DNA from: Gammaproteobacteria bacterium
Lineage (GTDB): Bacteria; Pseudomonadota; Gammaproteobacteria; SZUA-152
Assembly (NCBI GenBank): GCA_021648485.1
Contig: JAKISS010000002.1
Location: 14,443 to 78,442, forward strand
Length of the DNA stretch: 64,000 bases
Direction of reading: 5' to 3'
Within the stretch, counting starts at the first letter, position 1; every line of letters starts with the position of its first letter. A program made the position numbers and the translations under genes. Shown one piece after another: positions 37,756 to 46,790 of this stretch. The notes beneath the pieces were generated by a model. The model ran no database searches and had not been told where the DNA came from. It saw only the letters and a list, made by a program, of their open reading frames with translations.

Positions 37756-37916
37756 AGTGCGAGCGTGTCTTGATTAGAATAGAATGGTGATAAAGCTGTG
37801 GGCGATTATCGGTTGTTTTGTCTCACGGTACCATTGATGTTTTTAACCACCTTCTTGAATCAGGATTTTTGACGCGGGCAATGTAAGCCTGCCCTCGTCG
37901 CAAAGAGACAAGCCTT

Positions 37917-38222
37917 ATGTATTTTTCAAAGCTGATTTTTCCTTTTGCCACCCACCTGGTCGTAGTGCTTCTATTGTTTTTTACCAGTATTGCACTGGCG
38001 GAAGAACCGGAATCTTCCGGTGAAGTCACTATTCAGGATGCCAAAACCGACATCGTTGAAGAGTTACGGGTCAATGGCCAACTTTATGCGATTCGTGTCT
38101 CTCCCAAACACGGCGCGCCTTATTATCTGGTAGACAGCGACGGTGACGGCAACCTGGAGACCCGCAAAAATGACACCGACCCAGCCCTGTTAATCCCGGC
38201 CTGGGTCATCAAAAAATGGTAG
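37917..38222 (+). CDS. Small secreted protein (DUF2782-like, tentative)
   Basis: Signal peptide; YAIRVSPKHGAPYYLVDSDGDG. Sits next to polA as in Pseudomonas-type genomes. Confidence 0.55.
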   Translation: MYFSKLIFPFATHLVVVLLLFFTSIALAEEPESSGEVTIQDAKTDIVEELRVNGQLYAIRVSPKHGAPYYLVDSDGDGNLETRKNDTDPALLIPAWVIKKW

Positions 38223-38565
38223 GGGTTCCCTGGAAACAATTCACGAAACACACGCATTTCCACTCCAGAATCTGCCAATCACAGGCTTCCTGAACCTACG
38301 CTGAACTTGACAGCAGACCGTGCCAGTGGCATAAAAACCGCCCAAGGTTACAGCAGCGTCCAAAAATAGCGGCTGCATACCTGAAATGAGGAAGACTGCG
38401 GCTGGCGACAACATGTGCCTCGCACATTGCTCTGGAAAAAAGAGAGAAAGGGGGAGCGAAATCTTGTCATCACGCTAAACTTAGCGCTTGAGAGGAGTCT
38501 CGTTTGCAAATTCTTTCGTGAGTTTTATTTAAATATTGGATACAAAAATCAAGAGGAAGTCCTAA

Positions 38566-38892
38566 ATGAAAGCAAAATGGTTGATAGTTCCTGCAGCTGC
38601 TGCTGCCCTGTTAATTTCCGGTCAAGCAACGGCTGATCTGGCCCTGGCCAAAAAAAGCGGCTGCCTGGCTTGCCACGGTGTTGATAAGAAAATCGTTGGC
38701 CCATCCTGGAAAGACGTGGCGGCCAAATACAAAGGTGACGCTGGCGCTAAAGATCGTATGATCGCCAAAGTGAAAAAAGGGGGCAAAGGCAACTGGACGA
38801 AAATCACAGGCGGTGCTCCCATGCCGCCTTACTCACCGCGTGTCTCTGACGAAAACATCGAAAAACTGGTCGATTTCATCATGACCCTCTAA
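38566..38892 (+). CDS. Small soluble class I cytochrome c (c551/c552-like)
   Basis: Signal peptide; CLACHG heme site; distal PMPP. Confidence 0.8.
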   Translation: MKAKWLIVPAAAAALLISGQATADLALAKKSGCLACHGVDKKIVGPSWKDVAAKYKGDAGAKDRMIAKVKKGGKGNWTKITGGAPMPPYSPRVSDENIEKLVDFIMTL

Positions 38893-38915
38893 GTTTCGGC
38901 GTTTATCAGCAACAC

Positions 38916-38946
38916 AAAAAAGCCAGCACACCGTGCTGGCTTTTTT
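38916..38946 (+). terminator. Rho-independent terminator
   Basis: gccagcac acc gtgctggc followed by tttttt. Confidence 0.8.
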
Positions 38947-39018
38947 GTGTCCATTTTCAGGCACCTCGACACTCGCAGCACCGGCAAAATCACCTTGACG
39001 ATGTGCCAGCGTGGAACG

Positions 39019-39230
39019 TTATACACAATATGTTTCACATTGTTCACATATTGACCGACTTTGACCGTTTTTTGACGAACAGACCAACATAAAACTATAA
39101 CACATTGTTTTTAATAACTAAAATAGTCCGCCTATTTTTTGACCAATTTAATAAATCTGTAACAAAACCGAGGTCAACAGACCGCTTCCCTCAGCTTATA
39201 CACAAAGTTATCCACAGGATTTGTGGATAA
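39019..39230. promoter_or_regulatory. DnaA-box cluster
   Basis: Perfect TTATNCACA matches at 39019-39027 (ttatacaca), 39196-39204 (ttatacaca), 39208-39216 (ttatccaca) and 39222-39230 (tgtggataa, inverted). One 1-mismatch box at 39040-39048 (ttgttcaca). An AT-rich stretch lies in between. Confidence 0.6.
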
Positions 39231-39446
39231 ATGAACATCCTTCATTTGTGGCAAGCGCTTAGCACAAAAAAACTAGAAACTACCTTAAGTTAGCTCACCA
39301 ACCATAACATCAGACTATGCTAATATTCCAAACATCTGTTTGTTTTTTGAACACCTCTCAAAAACAAGGAGAAAACAAACGCCAACCAGACAATACCGTT
39401 TATCATTCCAGCAAATATGCGCAACAAGAATACCCAAGGAAAAATC

Positions 39447-40337
39447 ATGCCCGACTGGCAATCCATTTCACGGCAAGTACACATTGCAGCGGGAACGGTT
39501 CTGGCCACTGACACCGTACGCCCTGTGGGCGGTGGCTGCATCAACGCAGCCTATGCGCTCACCGGTCACCAAAACGGACACCCGCAACCCTTTTTCATCA
39601 AAACCAATACCGCTGACAGCCTGTCCATGTTCGAGGCCGAAGCAGAAGGATTGCACGCCTTGATCAACAGCCACAGCCTGCGGGTACCCACCCCCATTTG
39701 TAGTGGCATTGCAGGAGAAGATGCCTATCTCGTCATGGAACACATCACACTGCAAAGCACGGGGGACGATGCACAACTGGGAAGCAGACTGGCGGCAATG
39801 CACCAGACCCGCTGCCCACAATTTGGCTGGCATCGACACAACAGCATCGGCAGCACGCCACAGCTCAATCACGAAACTGATAACTGGGTGACGTTTTGGG
39901 TCAAACAACGGCTGGGGACACAACTGACACTGGCCAGCCAAAACGGGGCAAAACGCTCACTGCTAAGCCAGGGTGAAAAACTGCAAACGACACTGGCTGC
40001 TTTTTTCACCGATTACCAACCCGTGCCATCTCTGTTGCACGGTGATTTATGGTCTGGCAATGCGGCCTTTGATACACAGGGCCAACCGGTGATTTTTGAT
40101 CCTGCCGTATATTACGGTGACCGTGAAACTGACCTGGCCATGACCGAACTGTTTGGGGGGTTTTCACCCGCCTTTTATGCCGCTTACAACGCCGCCTGGC
40201 CCCTGGATGCAGGCTATGCCACGCGCAAAATGCTCTACAATCTGTACCACATTCTCAACCATTTCAATCTGTTTGGCGGCGGCTATGAATCACAAGCTCT
40301 GGGCATGATCGACCGCCTGCTCAGTGAATGTGCTTAA
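39447..40337 (+). CDS. Fructosamine/ketosamine-3-kinase family protein
   Basis: LLHGDLWSGN motif. Start ATG 39447 preceded by AAGGAAA. Confidence 0.8.
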   Translation: MPDWQSISRQVHIAAGTVLATDTVRPVGGGCINAAYALTGHQNGHPQPFFIKTNTADSLSMFEAEAEGLHALINSHSLRVPTPICSGIAGEDAYLVMEHITLQSTGDDAQLGSRLAAMHQTRCPQFGWHRHNSIGSTPQLNHETDNWVTFWVKQRLGTQLTLASQNGAKRSLLSQGEKLQTTLAAFFTDYQPVPSLLHGDLWSGNAAFDTQGQPVIFDPAVYYGDRETDLAMTELFGGFSPAFYAAYNAAWPLDAGYATRKMLYNLYHILNHFNLFGGGYESQALGMIDRLLSECA

Positions 40338-40414
40338 CGCCCCTGCATGGAGTAGGCTTGCCAACGCACTACGGTTACACTATCTGCCACTAAACTCACT
40401 ACCTGTTAACGCCC

Positions 40415-41245
40415 ATGCCTACAACCATTATTCATAGCAATACCCTCACCGCACAACAAACCCGGCACATCACCCAGGCACTAGGTGCCGAGCCAAGCGC
40501 TTACGCTCGGCACTTTCGCGTGCAACACGAAACACGGGCTCCGGAAACGCTGGATACACTGCGTGAAGCCTGTCAACTTGATATCAATACCCTGCCCGAA
40601 AATTTCGATGCAGCCGCTGTGGGCCTGCTCATCACCGACATGGACTCCACTCTCATCAACATCGAGTGCGTAGATGAAATCGCCGACTTTATTGACGTAA
40701 AACCCCAGGTCAGCGCCATCACCGAAGCCGCCATGCGCGGTGAGCTGGACTTTACCGCCTCATTGAAACAGCGCGTCGCCCTGCTGACGGGGCTGAATAC
40801 CTCCGCCCTGCAACATGTGTATGACGAACGACTACAATTAAACCCCGGAGCCGAAATATTAATCACTGGACTCAAGCAACGTCAGATCAAAACAGCGCTG
40901 GTTTCCGGTGGTTTTACCTTTTTCACCGGGCGTCTCAAGCAACGCCTGGGTCTGGACTTCACTCTGGCTAACGTGCTTACTCAGGAAAATGGGAAACTCA
41001 ACGGCACGGTAGACGGAGCCATTGTCGGTGCCGAAGCCAAGGCAGAATATCTGCAACAACTGTGCAAACAACTCGGCATAACCTGCCAACAGGTGATCGC
41101 CATGGGTGATGGTGCCAATGATTTGCACATGCTGGGCATTGCCGGACTGGGTGTGGCCTATCATGCGAAACCGGCCGTTCGCGCACGAGCCGATGTATCG
41201 ATACAATTTGGCGGGCTAGATACGGTATTGGATTTTTTGGAGTAG
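40415..41245 (+). CDS. serB: Phosphoserine phosphatase
   Basis: HAD motifs DMDSTLI and GDGANDL, with an N-terminal ACT-like extension. Confidence 0.8.
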   Translation: MPTTIIHSNTLTAQQTRHITQALGAEPSAYARHFRVQHETRAPETLDTLREACQLDINTLPENFDAAAVGLLITDMDSTLINIECVDEIADFIDVKPQVSAITEAAMRGELDFTASLKQRVALLTGLNTSALQHVYDERLQLNPGAEILITGLKQRQIKTALVSGGFTFFTGRLKQRLGLDFTLANVLTQENGKLNGTVDGAIVGAEAKAEYLQQLCKQLGITCQQVIAMGDGANDLHMLGIAGLGVAYHAKPAVRARADVSIQFGGLDTVLDFLE

Positions 41246-41249
41246 TGCT

Positions 41250-42413
41250 ATGCAAAAAATGATTGTGAAAATATTTACCCGTAAAAATAACAGAAAACGG
41301 CGTCCTGGCTGGCCATTTGCATTGTTCTTGACACTCTATGCACAAACGGCCATTGCCGTGCCTTTTGGTGTGTTTGATGCCCGCACCATGGCCATGGGCG
41401 GTGTGGGGGTAGCCTCAGGACCACAATTTGCCGTATTTAATAATCCAGCCCTGCTGGCCACGGCTGATGAAATTCATGAATGGTTTTTGTTGGCACCAAC
41501 GCTCAGCCGCCAACTGAGTGATCCTGACAACGTTGAAGACAACCTCAGCGCATTTCAACAAGCCGCTAATACACTGGACGGCAACAATAATGCCGCCAAC
41601 CGGGCTGCGGTGCAGCAACAGCTCAATGCGCTGGATGGCAGCCTGTACAGCAGCAGCCGCAACTCGGCCTTCGTGCTGGCAATACCCAGCCGCATTCTCA
41701 GTGGTGCGGCATTCTTTAATGTCTATGAGGCATCCACTCTCCGACCCAGGATAGGCGGTGATAATCTCAGTGCCCCAAGCTATGCTTCCACATTGGCACA
41801 ACGCGGACTGCGCATTGTTGAAAACGGTGTTGCTGCCGCCACGGCATTGAATGGAAGTGGCTGGATGCAAAACCTGACCGTGGGTTTTAGCGCAAAATTT
41901 TTATTGGTCTCGGGTTATGGTTACGCTGATCCACTGCGTACTGCGGATGTTGATATCAACCGCAGCGACAGCAAAAATGGGGGGCAATTCAGCTTCGATA
42001 TCGGTGTATTGAAAGAGTTTGGTGTGTGGAAAATGGGACTGGTGGCAAAGAATGTCGTACCCGGCAATTACAAATATGGCGATAGTGGTGACATTTTCAA
42101 ACTTGAACCACAGTTACGTGCCGGTTTTGCCTACCAAAGTCGCTATTCCGTGGTGGAACTGGATATCGACCTGCTGGAAAATGACCCTGTCGGTTTTGCG
42201 TCGGCCTCACAAATTGCCGCCCTGGGCTGGGAATGGAAGGCATGGCAATGGCTGACATTGCGTGCCGGTTACAATCAAAACCTGACCGGCAATGAGGCCG
42301 CTTATGGCTCCGCCGGTATTGGACTGTTAATCAGTACACTGCAAATAGATGTCGCCGCATACAGCGGCGACGACAGTGAAGGCATCTCAGCCCAGTTGGG
42401 CCTGCAATTTTAA
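41250..42413 (+). CDS. Outer-membrane beta-barrel protein (TraF_2/FadL-like, tentative)
   Basis: Signal peptide; FDARTMAMGGVGVASG ... NPALLA; C-terminal QLGLQF. Confidence 0.5.
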   Translation: MQKMIVKIFTRKNNRKRRPGWPFALFLTLYAQTAIAVPFGVFDARTMAMGGVGVASGPQFAVFNNPALLATADEIHEWFLLAPTLSRQLSDPDNVEDNLSAFQQAANTLDGNNNAANRAAVQQQLNALDGSLYSSSRNSAFVLAIPSRILSGAAFFNVYEASTLRPRIGGDNLSAPSYASTLAQRGLRIVENGVAAATALNGSGWMQNLTVGFSAKFLLVSGYGYADPLRTADVDINRSDSKNGGQFSFDIGVLKEFGVWKMGLVAKNVVPGNYKYGDSGDIFKLEPQLRAGFAYQSRYSVVELDIDLLENDPVGFASASQIAALGWEWKAWQWLTLRAGYNQNLTGNEAAYGSAGIGLLISTLQIDVAAYSGDDSEGISAQLGLQF

Positions 42414-42434
42414 TTTTGCGTTAAATACTCAATA

Positions 42435-43784
42435 TTAAAAACTGATTTCCAGCCCCAGATTTAACATCGCGCCACGCGGCACACTGCTGCCATCAATTGT
42501 GACCTTGTCCGAACTCCAGGCCAGATCCACATTCACCACCGCCAATGTCGCACCCAATGTGTAATAGTTGATTTCCGAACCTGCCAGGTTTTTACGAAGA
42601 CCCGCACGTATGCCCGGCAACCACCAGGTATCAGTGGCATAAGCCGCACTCACCGTGGCCCACCGGTATTCATCACCAAACACATCTTCCACAGCATTGG
42701 CATCCAGTCCACCGGAAATCACCCAATTCCGGCTGGCTGTATACAAAGCCGCTTCCAGCTGGAGTTGTTTTTCCATCGTATACGTATTGCTCGCTGCCAG
42801 CTTTTGGTACACGGGGCCACCTGGGTCACTGTAACCACTAAGATCAATAGGGCTGAATTTGAATTCGGGTTCGTTGATGTTCATCAAAGTGGCACCTGCA
42901 CGATAATGCTCGCTGACCCACAGCACACCAACATCCATCCCCAGCCCGGTATCAGAATCCAGATTGGAATCCAGTGCATCCTCAAAGACCTGCTCGGTAC
43001 CATCAGCAAGCCCACTGAAACGAATGCCCGTACGGCTGGTATCAACTTTGTAATAACGCCCCCTTAAACCCCCATATAACGTCGCCTCACGGGTCTTCAA
43101 AAGAGGGCGGCTGTAGCCCAGTGCAATCTCTATAGTACGAGCGGCTTTTACCAATACGGTGCTATCATTATCAATCGTAAACCCGTCAGGAACAGCCCCG
43201 GCAAACGTGAGCGTCAAATCATCAGTGGGGTCATCAACCCCTATGCTGGCGGCCGCAGAATTGAAATCGACAGGATCATTCAACGCGGTTGCCCGCGCAG
43301 CTATCGAGCCATTGACATCCAGCACCAGACTGCCCCCCAGAGTTTTATGCGCAACAACCAGCGGCATTACTGGCAGATGACCGCCGAAAAAAACCTTGGC
43401 ATAACCATTAGCCTCAATATCCACCAGTAAGGCATTGAGGCTGGCCAGACGGGCATCAATATCGGCAACCGATGTTACCGTCTGGAGGTTTTGAAATGCC
43501 TGAGCCTCTGCATCAATTCGGGAATACAGATTATCCACCTCGCCAAACTCATAACCCACACCAACCGAACTTAAAATCCCAAACCGATACTGATTGCCAT
43601 TCTGTTGCAACACCGCCGCACCGGCAGCCGGATTGGTGATATCCGACATAATGGACTGGCCATTGCTCACCGCACCGTAAGTCAGATTGGATCCCGGCGG
43701 GTGATACAAAGGTGTGGCCTGGGTTAATAAAGGAACCAGTGCAGCGGCAACAGTCAGCGCGGTGGCAGTCATCAATCGTTTCAT
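42435..43784 (-). CDS. Outer-membrane beta-barrel protein (distant paralog type of 41250..42413, tentative)
   Basis: Start ATG 43784 with GGAGA upstream. Signal peptide MKRLMTATALTVAAALVPLLTQA. C-terminal NLGLEISF. Confidence 0.5.
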   Translation of the reverse strand: MKRLMTATALTVAAALVPLLTQATPLYHPPGSNLTYGAVSNGQSIMSDITNPAAGAAVLQQNGNQYRFGILSSVGVGYEFGEVDNLYSRIDAEAQAFQNLQTVTSVADIDARLASLNALLVDIEANGYAKVFFGGHLPVMPLVVAHKTLGGSLVLDVNGSIAARATALNDPVDFNSAAASIGVDDPTDDLTLTFAGAVPDGFTIDNDSTVLVKAARTIEIALGYSRPLLKTREATLYGGLRGRYYKVDTSRTGIRFSGLADGTEQVFEDALDSNLDSDTGLGMDVGVLWVSEHYRAGATLMNINEPEFKFSPIDLSGYSDPGGPVYQKLAASNTYTMEKQLQLEAALYTASRNWVISGGLDANAVEDVFGDEYRWATVSAAYATDTWWLPGIRAGLRKNLAGSEINYYTLGATLAVVNVDLAWSSDKVTIDGSSVPRGAMLNLGLEISF

Positions 43785-44008
43785 TACGGTCTCCATAGTG
43801 TGTGCGCGGTTTTGGTATGGCCGATCCGGTATCACCGATCTGCGCATAGTCGATGTGTCCATCGGCGAGGAAACAACGTTTCTTTAGAGCCGCAATTAGA
43901 GCATTTTCACTGCCCCGGGTAAAAAGGATGGTTGGTTTACGCGCGCCAGACCATTAGAATCACGCCTGCCATTGAATCGCTAACATTTTAAATACCCGGA
44001 AACATATT

Positions 44009-44569
44009 TTGCCACTGTTTAATCGTCTTATTTCCCGCATCGAAGTTATTTCTGAATGGAGTGGCCGCGCCACTGCGTGGCTGGTGCTGGGCATGGTGTT
44101 GATTATCGGTTTTGATGTGACCATGCGCTACCTGTTCCAGGCAGGCTCCGTGGGTCTGCAAGAACTGGAATGGCATCTGTTCGCGCTGATTTTCCTGTTC
44201 GGTGCGGGCTATACCTTCAAACATAATGGCCATGTGCGAGTGGATATTTTCTATCACAGCCGCCACATGGACAGCCGCCGCCGCGCCTGGGTGGATTTGC
44301 TCGGCGGACTGTTTTTTCTGTTGCCCTTTTGCCTGTTGATCATCATCAGCTCCCTGCCTTTTGTAGCCAGCTCCTTTGCTATCGGCGAAGGCTCGCCGGA
44401 TCCGGGTGGGCTGCCATACCGGTTTCTGCTCAAAGCCGCCATTCCCGTGGGATTTGCACTGCTGTTATTACAAGGACTGGCACATATGCTGCGCAGCACA
44501 CAAATTTTGTTGGGCAACAACGAAAACAATCAATCCCCACAGACTCATCACAAAGGAACACAGCATTAA
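44009..44569 (+). CDS. dctQ: TRAP transporter small permease
   Basis: 186 aa with 4 TM segments, directly coupled (TAATG overlap) to the large permease. Confidence 0.8.
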   Translation: MPLFNRLISRIEVISEWSGRATAWLVLGMVLIIGFDVTMRYLFQAGSVGLQELEWHLFALIFLFGAGYTFKHNGHVRVDIFYHSRHMDSRRRAWVDLLGGLFFLLPFCLLIIISSLPFVASSFAIGEGSPDPGGLPYRFLLKAAIPVGFALLLLQGLAHMLRSTQILLGNNENNQSPQTHHKGTQH

Positions 44570-45885
44570 TGGAAATCTGGGCACTGGTCATGCTGGCGGC
44601 CGCAATCGCCCTGCTGCTCATCGGTTACCCGGTGGCATTTACCTTAGGTGCAGTAGCCCTGCTGTTTGGCGGCATTGCTCTGGGACTGGAATTTTTCGCC
44701 CTGCTGCCTCTGCGTATCTGGGGGGTAATGACCAGCTTTACGCTCATTGCCGTGCCGTTGTTTGTATTTATGGGTATCGTGCTGGAAAAATCCGGCATTG
44801 CCGAAGAGCTGCTGGAAACCATGGCACGTCTGTTTGGTCGCCTGCGTGGCGGCATGGGTGTGTCCATTGTACTGGTGGGCGCGTTACTGGCCGCCACCAC
44901 CGGCGTAGTAGGTGCCACAGTGGTCACCATGGCGGTGATCGCCCTGCCAGTGATGCTTCGCCACGGCTATAAGCCCGAACTGGCCACCGGCACCATTGCC
45001 GCCTCAGGCACTCTGGGGCAAATCATCCCGCCCAGTATTATTCTGGTACTGCTGGGTGATGTCATCGGCGTGCCCATAGGCCGACTGTTCATGGCGGCAA
45101 TCACACCCGGGCTGATACTTATTGCTCTGTTTATTATTTATGTGCTGGTTCGCGCCAAATTCAGACCACACGAAGCACCGGCTCTGCCCGTGGATGATAA
45201 TGCTGGCCCACTGTGGCCGCAGGTGTTCAAAAGTCTGATTCCACCGCTGTTTCTGGTATTCGCCGTACTGGGTTCGATATTCTTTGGCGTGGCATCACCC
45301 ACCGAATCTGCCGCCGTAGGCGCACTGGGTGCATTATTTCTGGCCGCCATTCGCAAACGCCTCAACCTTGGCAATCTGCGCGAAGCCATGCGCTCCACCA
45401 CTCGCATGACATCCATGGTATTCATGATTTTGATCGGTGCCACTGCCTTTGGTCTGGTATTTCGCGGCATGGGCGGTGATGATCTGGTGAAAGAATTGAT
45501 GACTGGCCTACCCGGTGGCCCATGGGGTTTCCTGCTGGTGAGTATGCTGGTGATTTTCATACTCGGCTTCTTCCTCGACTTCATCGAGATTACCTTTATT
45601 GTCGTGCCCATTCTCGCCCCCATCGCCGCGTTTATGGGTATCGACATGTTGTGGTTCGCGGTGTTGATTGCTCTCAACCTGCAAACCTCTTTTTTAACAC
45701 CACCCTTCGGCTTTTCGCTGTTTTATCTCAAAGCCGCCGCCCCACCGGAAATACGCATGCCACAGATCTATCGTGGCATCCTGCCCTTCGTGGGCATTCA
45801 GCTGCTGGCGTTATTGATGGTTATGCTGTTCCCACAGATCACACTGTGGCTGCCGGATATCATGGATTCTGTACAGGGGTTTTAA
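44569..45885 (+). CDS. dctM: TRAP transporter large permease
   Basis: Start MEIWALVMLAAAIALLLIGYPVAF at the TAATG overlap. The track ORF from 44329 is an over-extension overlapping dctQ. Confidence 0.85.
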   Translation: MEIWALVMLAAAIALLLIGYPVAFTLGAVALLFGGIALGLEFFALLPLRIWGVMTSFTLIAVPLFVFMGIVLEKSGIAEELLETMARLFGRLRGGMGVSIVLVGALLAATTGVVGATVVTMAVIALPVMLRHGYKPELATGTIAASGTLGQIIPPSIILVLLGDVIGVPIGRLFMAAITPGLILIALFIIYVLVRAKFRPHEAPALPVDDNAGPLWPQVFKSLIPPLFLVFAVLGSIFFGVASPTESAAVGALGALFLAAIRKRLNLGNLREAMRSTTRMTSMVFMILIGATAFGLVFRGMGGDDLVKELMTGLPGGPWGFLLVSMLVIFILGFFLDFIEITFIVVPILAPIAAFMGIDMLWFAVLIALNLQTSFLTPPFGFSLFYLKAAAPPEIRMPQIYRGILPFVGIQLLALLMVMLFPQITLWLPDIMDSVQGF

Positions 45886-45965
45886 GGAACGTGCATATTC
45901 CTTGCTCGATATGTAAAAAACCACTCTCATTCCAGAGTATTTAACACAAAGAAAAAAGAGAAGGC

Positions 45966-46037
45966 AGGGTGGGCACGTCGTTTGTGCTCACGCAGTAATT
46001 CCGCATCCGCGTGGGCAAAAAAACATGCCCACCCTAC
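45966..46037. repeat. REP-like hairpins of the GTGGGCA...TGCCCACCCTAC type
   Basis: agggtgggcacgtcgtttgtgctcac and gtgggcaaaaaaacatgcccaccctac. Related to 20543-20672 and to 56841-56856 (gtgggcattgcccacc). Confidence 0.7.
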
Positions 46038-46090
46038 AGCCTGAGGTTTGTATAACGTCAGTTAATAAATGACAAAGACCATTTTGTACC

Positions 46091-46151
46091 TCGGTTACCC
46101 GATAAGCAGTTTTTTAAACCGGTGTTATTAACGCAGAGACGCAGCGTTTTT
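46091..46151 (+). repeat. ~61-bp direct repeat, copy 1 (immediately 3' of slyD)
   Basis: tcggttacccgataagcagttttttaaaccggtgttattaacgcagagacgcagcgttttt recurs at 46662..46726 with about 85% identity by eye. Confidence 0.8.
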
Positions 46152-46155
46152 GCGC

Positions 46156-46638
46156 TCAATGCTGATGCCCACCCGGCCCATGCACATGCCCATGTTCCAC
46201 TTCCTCGGCCGAGGCATCACGAACATCAATCACTTTCACATCAAAATTGAGCTGCACACCCGCCAGCGGATGGTTGCCATCAATTTTCACGGTATCACCG
46301 TCCACTCCAGCCACGGTGACCGTCATCATTTCGCCTTCCGGGCCTTCAGCATGAAATTGCATCCCTGCTTCAATCTCAGCATCTGCCGGAAACATCTCTC
46401 GTGACACACTTTCCAGACGCGCATCATCACGTTCACCGTAACCCTCTTCGGGGGGTACGGTCACTTTCAATTCATCACCTGATGTCTTGCCTGTCAGCGC
46501 ATTTTCCAAACCCGGAATAATATTGCTGGCACCGTGCAGGTATAAAAAACTGCCGTCGTCAGATTGGTCGATAACCGTGCCTTCATCATCGGTAAGTGTG
46601 TAGTGCAGGGTAACGACTTTATTTTCTGCGATAGTCAT
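46156..46638 (-). CDS. slyD: FKBP-type peptidyl-prolyl isomerase / metallochaperone
   Basis: VVTLHYTL..., HPLAG, His-rich tail EEVEHGHVHGPGGHQH. Confidence 0.9.
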   Translation of the reverse strand: MTIAENKVVTLHYTLTDDEGTVIDQSDDGSFLYLHGASNIIPGLENALTGKTSGDELKVTVPPEEGYGERDDARLESVSREMFPADAEIEAGMQFHAEGPEGEMMTVTVAGVDGDTVKIDGNHPLAGVQLNFDVKVIDVRDASAEEVEHGHVHGPGGHQH

Positions 46639-46661
46639 GGGATTCCTTTGGTTTATATATT

Positions 46662-46726
46662 TCGGTTACTCGATAAACAATATTTTAAAAACCGGTGTTA
46701 TTAACACAGAGATTACAGCGTTTTTT
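46662..46726 (+). repeat. ~65-bp direct repeat, copy 2 (23 bp 5' of the slyD start)
   Basis: tcggttactcgataaacaatattttaaaaaccggtgttattaacacagagattacagcgtttttt. Confidence 0.8.
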
Positions 46727-46790
46727 ATTTGCTTTTCTCCGTGTCTCTGTGACTTTTGCATTTATTACTCGATATGCAAAAAAATCACTC

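Noticed and set aside
38960-39420. Calling the DnaA-box cluster the chromosomal origin (oriC)
   Set aside because: I could not find 13-mer DUE-type repeats or GATC clustering. The flanking genes are not dnaA/dnaN/gidA/rpmH-type origin neighbours. A single 64-kb window gives no GC-skew information. I kept it as a DnaA-binding cluster of unresolved role.
44329-44568. N-terminal extensions of track ORFs. Examples: dctM from 44329, nadC from 51644, the methyltransferase from 52539, the lipoprotein from 52498, spondin 1 from TTG 8760, cfa from 55086.
   Set aside because: The extensions overlap the preceding gene or a repeat element and lack an RBS. Internal ATGs with good RBS or stop/start coupling give proteins of normal family length.
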